Source: an uncultured Mycoplasmatota bacterium (GTDB lineage: Bacteria; Bacillota_I; Bacilli_A; RF39; UBA660). From it: a DNA stretch of 64,000 nucleotides. A program made the position numbers and the translations under genes. How positions within the stretch are numbered: position 1 is the first letter of the stretch; every line of letters begins with the position of its first letter. The notes below the pieces were generated by a model. It was not told where the DNA came from. It saw nothing but the letters and a program-made list of their open reading frames with translations, and did no database searches. Below, piece after piece: positions 20,360 through 30,400 of this stretch. The stretch lies in contig CAMMJA010000003.1 of assembly GCA_946497145.1 (NCBI GenBank), positions 1,169-65,168 on the forward strand, read 5' to 3'.

Positions 20360-21652
20360 ATGAAGGACAAATTTGCAAAATTACGATCTGTAATCAAAAA
20401 ATACGGTTTGTGGGGTGCTTTTAAAAAGGTATGTCAGTATATCAATGCTGAGTTAATTCATTCGATTAGCGTGGTAAGCAATATTAAAATTCGTATTCAC
20501 AAACAGAAATATATCGATCAAATTCAAGATATACTAAAGAAAAGTAAGTATGATCGTATTATTATTTGGCGCAGTAGTTTTGGTTGGAATGTACCTTTGT
20601 TTCAAAGACCACAACATATTTCTAACAATTTGTCAAAGCAGAAATGTTTGGTGTTTTACGAAGTTACGAAGATGACAGACCAGATTGAATTTATAGAAAA
20701 ATTGCAAAACAATTTATATTTGGTTAATTTTAAGAATAAGTTGTTTTGTAAGATGTTAATGCAAGAGATTTCCAAAATAAACAAGCCAAAGTACTTACAA
20801 TTTTACTCTACTGATTGGACTTTGCCTGTTAGTTATGTAAAACAACAAATTGCAAATGGTTATAAGGTTATTTATGAATACATCGATGATTTGAGTCCTC
20901 TTTTAGCGGGAACCAAAGAACTTCCTGTCAATGTGAAAGAAAAGTATGAATATGCGATGCAAGATACTGAAAACGTGTTGGTAGTGGTTACGGCTGATTT
21001 ATTAAAAGAAGATGTGATAAAACAAAGAGGAGAGAAAAACTTGGCTTTTTCTACGAATGGAGTAGACTATCAACATTTTCAAAAGATCGATCAGAAGTAT
21101 CCGTTCGAACGCGATTTTCAAGAAATATTGGATAAAAAATTGCCTATTGTCTGTTATTATGGTGCTCTTGCAAGTTGGTTCGACTATGAACTTATCAAGA
21201 AACTTTCCCAAACGGAGCAATACAGCATTGTATTATTCGGAATTAAGTACGATGATGCTTATGAAAAAGCAGGATTAGATCAATGTCCAAATGTGTATTT
21301 TCTCGGCTCTAGAGATTATCAAGTTTTAAAAAATTACGCTGCAAAGGCAGATGTCTTAACGATACCATTTTTAATTAACGATATTACAAAAGCAACTTCA
21401 CCAGTTAAGATTTTTGAGTACATGGCGTTACATAAGCCAATTGTAACGACGGCTATGCACGAATGTATGAAATATAAATCGGTATTGATTGGTAAAGATC
21501 ATCAAGATTTTATTGGAAAAATTGCTTCTGCTCTTGAGATGCAAAAAGATAAAAAGTATTTGAGATTGTTGGATCAAGAAGCAAGAGAAAACGATTGGAG
21601 TGAAAAAGCCAAAGCAATCGTTGAAATGTTAAAGGTAAGTGAGAAAAAATGA
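20360..21652 (+). CDS. GT-B fold glycosyltransferase (TuaH-like)
   Basis: C-terminal ATSPVKIFEYMALHKPIV motif, paralogous to the N-terminal half of ORF 1785. AAAGGAG RBS. Confidence 0.6.
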   Translation: MKDKFAKLRSVIKKYGLWGAFKKVCQYINAELIHSISVVSNIKIRIHKQKYIDQIQDILKKSKYDRIIIWRSSFGWNVPLFQRPQHISNNLSKQKCLVFYEVTKMTDQIEFIEKLQNNLYLVNFKNKLFCKMLMQEISKINKPKYLQFYSTDWTLPVSYVKQQIANGYKVIYEYIDDLSPLLAGTKELPVNVKEKYEYAMQDTENVLVVVTADLLKEDVIKQRGEKNLAFSTNGVDYQHFQKIDQKYPFERDFQEILDKKLPIVCYYGALASWFDYELIKKLSQTEQYSIVLFGIKYDDAYEKAGLDQCPNVYFLGSRDYQVLKNYAAKADVLTIPFLINDITKATSPVKIFEYMALHKPIVTTAMHECMKYKSVLIGKDHQDFIGKIASALEMQKDKKYLRLLDQEARENDWSEKAKAIVEMLKVSEKK

Positions 21653-22362
21653 AGACATACTTTCAAAAACTTTTTACAGGTACGAAACAAGAATTCGTAA
21701 AACAATTAGAAAGTTGTTTAAAAAAGAAACAAAGACAATTTATTATTACAGCCAATCCAGAAACGTTTATGGTAGGAAAAAAGGACGAAGTTTTAAATCG
21801 AGCATTGTTGGATCCTCACACTTTGGTTGTTGCGGATGGAATTGCATTGGTGAAGACGAGTAAGAAATTCGATGTTGTTTGTCCTAAAATTACTGGTGTA
21901 GATATTACTTATGAATTGTTTGAATTAGCAAACAAATTTAAAAAATCACTTTATTTGTTTGGATCTACGAAAGAAGTAATAACTAAAACAGTAGCAAAAA
22001 TAAAAAAAGATTATCCTAATATTAAAGTAGTAGGGTATTGTGACGGTTATGTGAAAGATAAAGATCAAGTTTTTGATGAAATGGTAACAAAGAAACCAGA
22101 TGTGGTGTTGGTTGCACTTGGAATACCCCAACAAGAAAAGTTGATTTATCAAAATTTGTCTCGATTTCAAAAGGGAATTTTTGTAGGAGTCGGCGGGACG
22201 TTTGATGTGTTTAGTGGTGTTAAGAAGCGTGCGCCAAAGTTCTTTCAGAAATGGAATTTGGAATGGCTCTATCGTATTGTAACAGAACCAAAACGGTTAA
22301 AACGATTTTATCAACATAACATTAAGTTTGTCTTTCGAATTCTTTTTATGAAGAAAGGATAG
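21649..22362 (+). CDS. tagA: WecG/TagA/CpsF family (GT26) N-acetylmannosaminyltransferase
   Basis: VVADGIALV, GVGGTFDVFSG and LEWLYRIVTEPKRLKR motifs. Overlaps the upstream stop. Confidence 0.85.
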   Translation: MKTYFQKLFTGTKQEFVKQLESCLKKKQRQFIITANPETFMVGKKDEVLNRALLDPHTLVVADGIALVKTSKKFDVVCPKITGVDITYELFELANKFKKSLYLFGSTKEVITKTVAKIKKDYPNIKVVGYCDGYVKDKDQVFDEMVTKKPDVVLVALGIPQQEKLIYQNLSRFQKGIFVGVGGTFDVFSGVKKRAPKFFQKWNLEWLYRIVTEPKRLKRFYQHNIKFVFRILFMKKG

Positions 22363-22366
22363 TATA

Positions 22367-22789
22367 ATGAAAAAACTCATTTTATTGTTTCAAAAGTATA
22401 AAGAAGTGATTATGTATTTGATTTTTGGGGTACTTACTACTTTGGTTAATATTATCACTTATTATTTTTGTACACGGCTTTTTGATTTGAATGAATATGG
22501 AAGCAATGTGGTTGCTTGGATCATCTCTGTTTTGTTTGCTTTTGTAACGAATAAACTTTTTGTATTCGAAGATAAAGATAAAAATTGGCGAGCAATCTTG
22601 AAACAGTCATTATCTTTCTTTGCATTTCGTCTTGTATCGTTAGGAATTGATATGGGCAGTATGTATGGAATGATATCGATTTTGAAATGGAATGATTTAA
22701 TTGCTAAAGTAATCGCTAACATTATTGTGATTATTTTAAACTACGTGTTTAGTAAAATATTTGTATTTACTAAAAAAGAAAGAAGGTAG
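22367..22789 (+). CDS. GtrA-family membrane protein
   Basis: 140 aa, four TM spans, directly upstream of a GtrB-like GT2. Confidence 0.7.
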   Translation: MKKLILLFQKYKEVIMYLIFGVLTTLVNIITYYFCTRLFDLNEYGSNVVAWIISVLFAFVTNKLFVFEDKDKNWRAILKQSLSFFAFRLVSLGIDMGSMYGMISILKWNDLIAKVIANIIVIILNYVFSKIFVFTKKERR

Positions 22790-22795
22790 GATGGT

Positions 22796-23731
22796 ATGGA
22801 AAAAATCTCGATTATTGTACCTTGTTACAATGAAGAAGAAGCGTTGCCACTATTTTATAAAGAGATCACAAAAATAGCCAAGAAGATGAAAAAGATCGAT
22901 TTTGAAATTTTGTTAATCAACGATGGAAGTAAAGATCAAACATTAGAAATTGCTCGTTCTTTATCCAAAAAAGATCAGCGTGTTCGCTATGTATCCTTTT
23001 CGCGCAATTTTGGGAAAGAAGCAGCCATGTATGCAGGACTTGAATATGCGACAGGAGATTATGTGGCTGTTATGGATGCCGATTTACAAGATCCTCCAGA
23101 ATTGTTAGAAGAAATGTATCGATTGATTCAGGAGGAAGGTTACGATTGTGTTGGAACGAGAAGAGTCACGAGAAAAGGAGAACCACCTATTCGGAGTTTC
23201 TTTGCAAGATGTTTTTACAAAATCATCAACAAGATGAGCAAAGTGGAGATGGTAGATGGAGCAAGAGATTTTCGTCTGATGACAAGACAGATGGTAGATG
23301 CGATTTTGTCGATGAATGAGTATAATCGTTATTCGAAAGGACTTTTTAGTTTTGTTGGATTTCAGACAAAGTGGCTAGAGTATGAGAATGTAGAAAGAGT
23401 AGCCGGTGAAACGAAGTGGAGTTTTTGGAAGTTATTACTTTATGCTTTTGATGGCATTATTGCTTTTTCTACTGCACCTTTGTCAATTGCTGTCTTCGTT
23501 GGAATTTTATTTTGTATTGTTTCGTTCATCATGATTTTGGTGATTATTATCAAAACTTTATGTTTTGGAGATCCAGTAGGTGGTTGGCCAAGTATCGTAT
23601 GTATTATGTTTTTCTTGAGTGGTATTCAATTGTTTTGCATTGGAGTTATTGGTGCCTATCTATCTAAAACGTATTTAGAGACCAAACATCGTCCTATTTA
23701 TATTGTGAAAGAAACCGAAAAAACTGAGTAG
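22796..23731 (+). CDS. Membrane-anchored GT2 (GtrB/CsbB-like bactoprenol-phosphate glycosyltransferase)
   Basis: ISIIVPCYNEEE, INDGSKD, DADLQDPP, and two C-terminal TM helices. Confidence 0.8.
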   Translation: MEKISIIVPCYNEEEALPLFYKEITKIAKKMKKIDFEILLINDGSKDQTLEIARSLSKKDQRVRYVSFSRNFGKEAAMYAGLEYATGDYVAVMDADLQDPPELLEEMYRLIQEEGYDCVGTRRVTRKGEPPIRSFFARCFYKIINKMSKVEMVDGARDFRLMTRQMVDAILSMNEYNRYSKGLFSFVGFQTKWLEYENVERVAGETKWSFWKLLLYAFDGIIAFSTAPLSIAVFVGILFCIVSFIMILVIIIKTLCFGDPVGGWPSIVCIMFFLSGIQLFCIGVIGAYLSKTYLETKHRPIYIVKETEKTE

Positions 23732-23745
23732 AAACTCAGTTTTTG
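23721..23745 (+). terminator. Rho-independent terminator
   Basis: AAACTGAG / CTCAGTTT stem overlapping the stop codon, followed by a T run. Confidence 0.6.
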
Positions 23746-23791
23746 TTTACAGTTATTTTAAAAGAAGTTATAATTTATATGAGGTAACGAT

Positions 23792-24805
23792 ATGAGAAAA
23801 ATAATAAAAAAACATCGAAAGATTATTTTTATTGTAGGTGGATGTATTTTGACATTATTGGTTGTTTTTCTTTTTTTGTTGTATGGACCGATTTCTTTTT
23901 TTCGAGATACTTGGATTACCTCTGCTATGACGACCAAGAATCATCAGTATTTGGCTAGATTGTTTTATTCGGAGGAAGTCATTCAAGAAGTTTTGGCCAA
24001 GCATAAAGTGATCGAACCCAATGAGATTAGTGATCCTGATTTAATTGGCTCTACAACATCTTCTTATTCTGTTTATGAAGAGCAGATTTTAACCAAAGAG
24101 AAAGGCAATGATTTGTATAAAGTAATAGAAGTAAAAGGAGTTGGCTATCATGGTTATTTAGTTGCCATTTACGATCCTTCCAAAGTAGTGCTTGCAACAT
24201 CAAAGTATCTTGGAACAAAAGGGGAAAAGATTACGACAGTTGCCAAAGAAAATCAAGCGACGATTGCGATCAATGCTGGTGGTTTTTATGATCCAGAATG
24301 GAATGGGCCTGGTGGTCTTCCTCATGGAACCGTGATTCAAAACGGAAAGATGGTAAGTGATTATATCGATGCATCTGTCGGTGGTGGCTTTATTGGTTTT
24401 ACTTATGATGATAAGTTGGTATTAGGTAAAATGACGGTTGAAGAAGCACTTGCCATGGGGTATCGTGATGCAGTCGAGTTTGGACCTTTTTTGATTGTCA
24501 ATGGAAAATCATCTTTTATTACAGGAAATGGTGGCTGGGGGATTGCGCCACGTACCGCGATTGGACAAAGAAAAGATGGAATTGTATTGTTTTTGGTGAT
24601 CGATGGTAGAACTGTCAGCAGTATTGGAGCCGATATGTTGGATCTTACTAAAATCATGGAACAGTATGGCGCATACAATGCGGCTAATTTAGATGGAGGT
24701 AGTTCTACGGAACTTTGGATTGATGGAAAAATTATCAATCATCCTGTTGCCAGTGGAAAAGACGGTTTACGAAACATGCCAACTTTTTGGATTGTGAAAC
24801 AATAA
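23792..24805 (+). CDS. Phosphodiester glycosidase family protein (DUF2233/NAGPA-like), membrane anchored
   Basis: N-terminal TM segment. AINAGGFYD, GIAPRTAIGQRKDG and ANLDGGSS motifs. Paralog of ORF 26260. Confidence 0.65.
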   Translation: MRKIIKKHRKIIFIVGGCILTLLVVFLFLLYGPISFFRDTWITSAMTTKNHQYLARLFYSEEVIQEVLAKHKVIEPNEISDPDLIGSTTSSYSVYEEQILTKEKGNDLYKVIEVKGVGYHGYLVAIYDPSKVVLATSKYLGTKGEKITTVAKENQATIAINAGGFYDPEWNGPGGLPHGTVIQNGKMVSDYIDASVGGGFIGFTYDDKLVLGKMTVEEALAMGYRDAVEFGPFLIVNGKSSFITGNGGWGIAPRTAIGQRKDGIVLFLVIDGRTVSSIGADMLDLTKIMEQYGAYNAANLDGGSSTELWIDGKIINHPVASGKDGLRNMPTFWIVKQ

Positions 24806-24813
24806 TTGTTTAT

Positions 24814-24841
24814 AAGACATTGTCAAACAATGTCTTTTTTT
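24814..24841 (+). terminator. Rho-independent terminator
   Basis: Perfect 10-bp stem AAGACATTGT/ACAATGTCTT, 3-nt loop, T7 tail. Confidence 0.85.
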
Positions 24842-24879
24842 GTTATAATAAAATTTGTAATATATAGGAGTGTCTACAT

Positions 24880-26256
24880 ATGAAGAAAGAAAAGAAATTA
24901 AAAAAGGGAAAAAAGACAAAAAAAGATTATCCAAGAGGACAATTTTGGTTTAATGTTGTTAGTTTAGTTATCTTAATTGGTCTTTGTTGTTTTATTGGAG
25001 GAAGAAGTATTTATTATTATAGTATGCAGCATGCGCAAGAAACACAGATGGCAAATACGCTTTCTACTATTGTAAAGAAAAATAATCCTACAGTAGAAGA
25101 TGGAGATGGACTTTATCAGATCAAGAACGAGTATGTTTTTAAAGGAAAAGAAGTCAACAATTATGTGATGTATTCGAATCGACTCTTTCGAATTATGCGA
25201 GTGAATGAAGATAATTCTGTAAAATTGATTTCTTCTGATAATCAAACTGTTTTGATTTGGGGAAACGAATCAGAATATGCTTCTTCTAATGTTTATCGTT
25301 ATATGAATCCACAAGAAAATACGGAATATACTGGCATTTTGTATGATAGTTTGAATCAACCTAACGTTTATTTGGACATTACACCTTGGTGTGAAGGAAC
25401 AGTACAGGGAAATTCATTGGATTGTGAAAAAAATAATAAAGATGATTTTGTGACTTTACTTACGATCGAAGATTATATTGCGGCAAATGGAAAAGATAGT
25501 TATTTAAACGATGGTAAAGCAACGTGGTTATTAGGACTAGATGAAGAAGGAAGCAATCTTTATTTGAATAAAAGTGGTTCTATTGCTCCTGCGAATAGCG
25601 ATGATGGTTTTGGAATAAAACCCGTCATTACGATCAAAAATAATATTGATGTGGTATCTGGTGATGGAACGCAAGACAATCCTTATCAATTAGAGCCAAA
25701 CGATCAACTTAGTTATATCAATCGCTATGTTCAGTTAGGTGATGATCTTTATCGTGTTTATCAAGTAGAAGATCAAATGTTGCGTTTGTCTTTGGATCAT
25801 TATCTACAAGTAGATGGACAAGATTATGAAGATAACTATAGTAACTCTACAACAATGTTTGATGTTACAGATCGTAATAATATCGGTTATTATTTAAATC
25901 GAACGTATTTAAATTCTCTTAGTTATCAAGATCAGTTACAAGAGTGTACGTTCTATACGGGTGAAATTTCGGATGAAATTGGATTCGATTATCTAAATGT
26001 GTTCCAAAACCAAATTTCTAGTAAGGTAGGAATGCTCAATATGATCGATTTGAAATTAAATAGTCAATTAGATGATTATTATTTGATGAATACGACTTCT
26101 TCTTTAGGCGAAATGGCTTTGGTTCATAGTGTGACTGGAGAATTGCGCGAAGAAGTTACGAAGGAAAAGAAAAAAATTGTACCAGTTGTTTGTATTTTAA
26201 AAGATCAAATTAAAAGTGGAAATGGTAGTATTGATACACCATATATGATGGAGTAG
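24880..26256 (+). CDS. Membrane-anchored extracellular protein of unknown function
   Basis: 458 aa with a K-rich N-terminus then one TM segment. No catalytic motif recognised. Flanked by the two phosphodiester-glycosidase paralogs. Confidence 0.5.
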   Translation: MKKEKKLKKGKKTKKDYPRGQFWFNVVSLVILIGLCCFIGGRSIYYYSMQHAQETQMANTLSTIVKKNNPTVEDGDGLYQIKNEYVFKGKEVNNYVMYSNRLFRIMRVNEDNSVKLISSDNQTVLIWGNESEYASSNVYRYMNPQENTEYTGILYDSLNQPNVYLDITPWCEGTVQGNSLDCEKNNKDDFVTLLTIEDYIAANGKDSYLNDGKATWLLGLDEEGSNLYLNKSGSIAPANSDDGFGIKPVITIKNNIDVVSGDGTQDNPYQLEPNDQLSYINRYVQLGDDLYRVYQVEDQMLRLSLDHYLQVDGQDYEDNYSNSTTMFDVTDRNNIGYYLNRTYLNSLSYQDQLQECTFYTGEISDEIGFDYLNVFQNQISSKVGMLNMIDLKLNSQLDDYYLMNTTSSLGEMALVHSVTGELREEVTKEKKKIVPVVCILKDQIKSGNGSIDTPYMME

Positions 26257-26259
26257 AAG

Positions 26260-27327
26260 ATGAAGAATATGGAAAATAAGAAAAAGAAAAGAAGACGAAA
26301 ATTAAAGATTAAGAAGTTTACCATTGCGGTTTTCCTTTTGGATGTTTTGGCAGTTGTCGTATTATTTTTTGTCTATGGTCCTGTTTCTTATTTTAGGGAA
26401 CTTTGGATTACTACAGCCATGACGACGATGAATCATCATTACTTGGCTTATACGTTTTATAGTCCGAAACTAGTCGCAGAAGTGATGAGTAGAAACTATA
26501 TTGTACCAATTACGGAAGAGATCAATTTAGACGATATTGTAATTGGAAATACAGAAGAAAAAGATAGTTATTCTTCTATTTATGAAGAACAGATTTTTAC
26601 GCGTGATGAAGGAAATGACATTTATAAGATTATTCGTATTAATGAAAGTGGGTACAAAGGATATCTTACGGTTATTTACGATCCTGCGAATGTCGAGTTG
26701 GCCGTACCAAAGCAATTGGGTAGAGTCGGTGCCAGTGTTGCGAAAATGTGTCGTGATAACAATGGATTAGTTGGCATTAACGGTGGTGGTTTTGAAGACA
26801 TTGATGGTTGGGGAAATGGTAGTACACCGTATGGTGCTATCATTAAAGATGGAGAACTGATTTGGCAACATGCTGGAGGAAACGGTGGTTTAATTGGTTT
26901 TAATAAAGATCATAAAATGTATTTGACGACGGAAAGTCCAGAGGTGGCTATTTCTAAAGGTATGGTCGACGCTGTTGAATTTGGTCCATTTTTGATCGTC
27001 AATGGAAAGGTTGCACAAATACATGGTGATGGTGGTTGGGGAATTGCGCCTCGTACCGTTATTGCCCAAAGAAAAGATGGCATTGTATTATTCTTAGTAA
27101 TCGAAGGAAGATTACCGGGATATAGTTTAGGTGCAAGTATGCGTGATGTCATTCAATTGTTATCGCGTTACAAGGCCTATAATGCTGCGAATTTAGATGG
27201 TGGTGCATCGACTACAATGGCTGTAAATGGAAAACTTTACAATCGCCCAAGTGCTGGAGGAGAATATGGTGGACGTGCTGTTTCCAATGCTTGGATTGTA
27301 GTTGATAATACTGATCAAACAGAATAA
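26260..27327 (+). CDS. Phosphodiester glycosidase family protein (second paralog)
   Basis: Same motif set as ORF 23792 (GINGGGFED, GIAPRTVIAQRKDG, ANLDGGAS). Confidence 0.65.
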   Translation: MKNMENKKKKRRRKLKIKKFTIAVFLLDVLAVVVLFFVYGPVSYFRELWITTAMTTMNHHYLAYTFYSPKLVAEVMSRNYIVPITEEINLDDIVIGNTEEKDSYSSIYEEQIFTRDEGNDIYKIIRINESGYKGYLTVIYDPANVELAVPKQLGRVGASVAKMCRDNNGLVGINGGGFEDIDGWGNGSTPYGAIIKDGELIWQHAGGNGGLIGFNKDHKMYLTTESPEVAISKGMVDAVEFGPFLIVNGKVAQIHGDGGWGIAPRTVIAQRKDGIVLFLVIEGRLPGYSLGASMRDVIQLLSRYKAYNAANLDGGASTTMAVNGKLYNRPSAGGEYGGRAVSNAWIVVDNTDQTE

Positions 27328-27362
27328 ACCATGCGATAAAATTACATCGTGTGGTTTTTTGT
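27328..27362 (+). terminator. Rho-independent terminator
   Basis: 10-bp stem (ACCATGCGAT / ATCGTGTGGT, two G-U pairs), 8-nt loop, T run. Confidence 0.7.
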
Positions 27363-27439
27363 TGAAAGATTGTAATGAGAAATCATAGAAATTGCATTTG
27401 ATTTATTATATAATAAAGATAGATTATGGAGATGACGTT

Positions 27440-30400
27440 ATGATAGAAAAACGAATTATGGATGGAAATGAAGCATGTAGTTATGTTTCATACCCTTTTA
27501 CGGAAGTGGCCGGAATTTATCCGATTACACCAGCGTCCCCGATGGCTGAACTTGTGGATCAATGGAGTAATCAAGGAAAGAAAAACTATTTTGGTATGCC
27601 TGTTAAAGTAGTAGAGATGCAATCGGAAGCAGGTGCTGCTGGAATGGTGCATGGATCATTACAAGCCGGTTGTTTGACTACCACTTATACAGCAAGTCAA
27701 GGGTTATTATTGATGATTCCTAACATGTACAAGATGGCAGGCGAGTTGCTTCCTGCGGTGATTCATGTGGCAGCACGTAGTTTGGCAACACATGCGTTAT
27801 CTATTTTTGGTGATCATCAAGACGTCTATGCGACGAGAATGACCGGCTTTGCCATTTTAGCAGAAAGTTCTGTGCAAGAAGTGATGGACTTGACAGCCGT
27901 TGCCCATTTGTCGGCAATCAAAGGAAGAGTGCCATTTGTCAATTTTTTTGATGGTTTTCGAACGAGTCATGAACTACAAAAAATCGATGTATTAGATATG
28001 GAAAAAGTGAAGAAATTGATCGATCAAAAATCTTTGACTGAATTTCGATCTCGGGCACTTACTCCCGATAATCCAGTTACAAGAGGAACGTCGCAAAATG
28101 ATGATATTTATTTTCAAGCGACAGAAGTAAGAAATCCATACTATCAAAAACTTCCAGATATCGTGAACGATTACATGCACGAGATTAACAAGTTGACAGG
28201 AAGAAATTATGCACCGTTTACTTATTATGGAAGGGAAGACGCTACAAAGGTTATCGTGGCTATGGGATCTGTCTGCGAAACGATCAAAGAAACTCTTGAT
28301 TATTTAAATGCACAAGGAGAAAAATTAGGACTTATTACTGTTCACTTGTATCGTCCATTTAGTAGTAAGTATTTTTTAAAAGTATTACCAGACACTGTAA
28401 AATCTATTGCTGTTTTGGATCGTACCAAAGAAGCCGGCTCGATTGGAGAACCGCTATATCTTGATGTGTTGCAAGTAATAGAGGAAGCCAAACGAAAAAT
28501 CAAGGTAATTGGTGGAAGATACGGGTTATCGAGCAAAAACACCAATCCTGCTATGATCAAAGCCGTTTATGATTTTCTTGGAAAAAGGGATAACTTTACG
28601 GGATTTACTGTCGGTATTTTTGATGATGTGACCAAGTTAAGTATTCCACTTTCTGACTTTCAACTTCCTAAAAAACATACCGAATTTTTGGTGTATGGTT
28701 ATGGATCAGATGGAATGGTGAGTGCTTGTAAAGATCTTATGAAAATTACCGGAACTTATAGTAATGCAAACGTCCAAGGATATTTTCAATACGATTCTAA
28801 GAAAAGTGGTGGTATTACCAAAAGTCATTTGCGTTTTAGTAAAGAGCCGATTTTATCCACTTATTATGTGGAAAGACCTAGTGTCATCGTCTGTACCAAC
28901 GATCGTTATTTGAAAAAGTTTAAAGTGCTAGAGAACATAGAAGAGAATGGCATTTTCTTGTTAAATACGAGTAAAAAAGAACAAGAAATCATCGATTTTT
29001 TAAGTGAGAATGATAAGAAAATTTTAAAAGATCGACATGTGCGTTTTTACATCGTCGATGCATTAAAAATCGCCAAAGAGGTTGGTTTGGATCGTAAGAT
29101 CAGCAGTGTTATGGAAACGTTGTTGTTTCAGTTGGGGCATATTATTCCGTTTGATTTTGCAATATCTAAGATGAAAGAGCGAGTTCAAAGCCGTTTTGGA
29201 AATAAGGGAAACGATATTGCGAAAAAGAATTTGTTGGCGATTGATCGGGCCAAAGATAGTTATATAGAAGTTCAAGTCGATGATCTTCGTTATGAGATGA
29301 GTCAAGTGGATCAAGAGCGTAGTTTATTTGATAAGATGGATGAACGAGAAGGGGATCAACTTGCAGTCAGTGCGTTTGCTTTTCAGCCAGATGGTACCTT
29401 TGAAGGGGGGCTTTCTCGCTTAGAAAAACGGGAAAGTAGTTCTTTTGCACCTTATCATATTAAAGAAAATTGTATTCAGTGTAATCTTTGCTCCTTTGTA
29501 TGTCCGCATGCGGTCATTCGTCCTTTCTTATTGGACGAAGAGGAAGTGGAGAAAGCACCAGATGTTGTAAAACGCAATTTGATGGATGCCAATTTCAAAG
29601 ATCAAAATTTAAAGTATACGATTTCTGCTTCTATTCCAGATTGTACTGGATGTAAATTATGTGTTAACATTTGTCCTGGCAAAAAGGGTGAAAAAGCACT
29701 CGAAATGAAATCGATAGAAGAATTGAAGCGTCTTAGAAAGGAAGAAGAGTATCAATATTTATTTAATCAAGTCACTGAAAAACAGGTTATGCCTATCAAT
29801 ACGGTAAAGGGAAGTCAATTTCGAAAACCGAAGTTTGAATTTCCTGGTGCTTGTGCGGGTTGTGGAGAAACCCCTTATTTGAAATTGCTGACGCAATTGT
29901 TTGGTGAAAAACTGGTCATTGCGAATGCAACAGGTTGTTCTTCTATTTATGGTGCAAGTGCCCCAAGCACTCCATATACAGTGCCATGGGCCAATTCTTT
30001 ATTTGAAGATAACGCAGAATATGGTTATGGAATGAAGATTGCCGATCAAGCCATGAAAGATCGTATTCAATCGCTTATCCTTTCTCATATAGATGAGGTG
30101 GAAGAAGCGGAACAAAAGATCTACCGAGATTATTTAGAAGAAATGAGCGAAGAAACAGCGGACCGTTTATATGAGGTGATCGATCATACTAAAATTAAGG
30201 AATTACAGTCATTAAAACCGTTCATCAAGCCAAAATCTATTTGGATGATCGGTGGAGATGGTTGGGCTTACGACATTGGTTTTAATGGAATTGATCATGT
30301 ACTAGCCAATAAAGAAAATGTTAATATTTTAGTTTTGGATACGGAAGTATATTCCAATACAGGAGGTCAAGCATCGAAGTCAAGCAAGATTGGTTCTGTA

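Noticed and set aside
24403-24738. Antisense ORFs 24403-24738 and 26910-27152 with similar peptides (..AVRGAIPQPP..PLTIK.GPNSTAS..)
   Set aside because: Their similarity reflects the paralogy of the sense-strand glycosidase genes. There is no RBS and they are fully embedded, so they are spurious.
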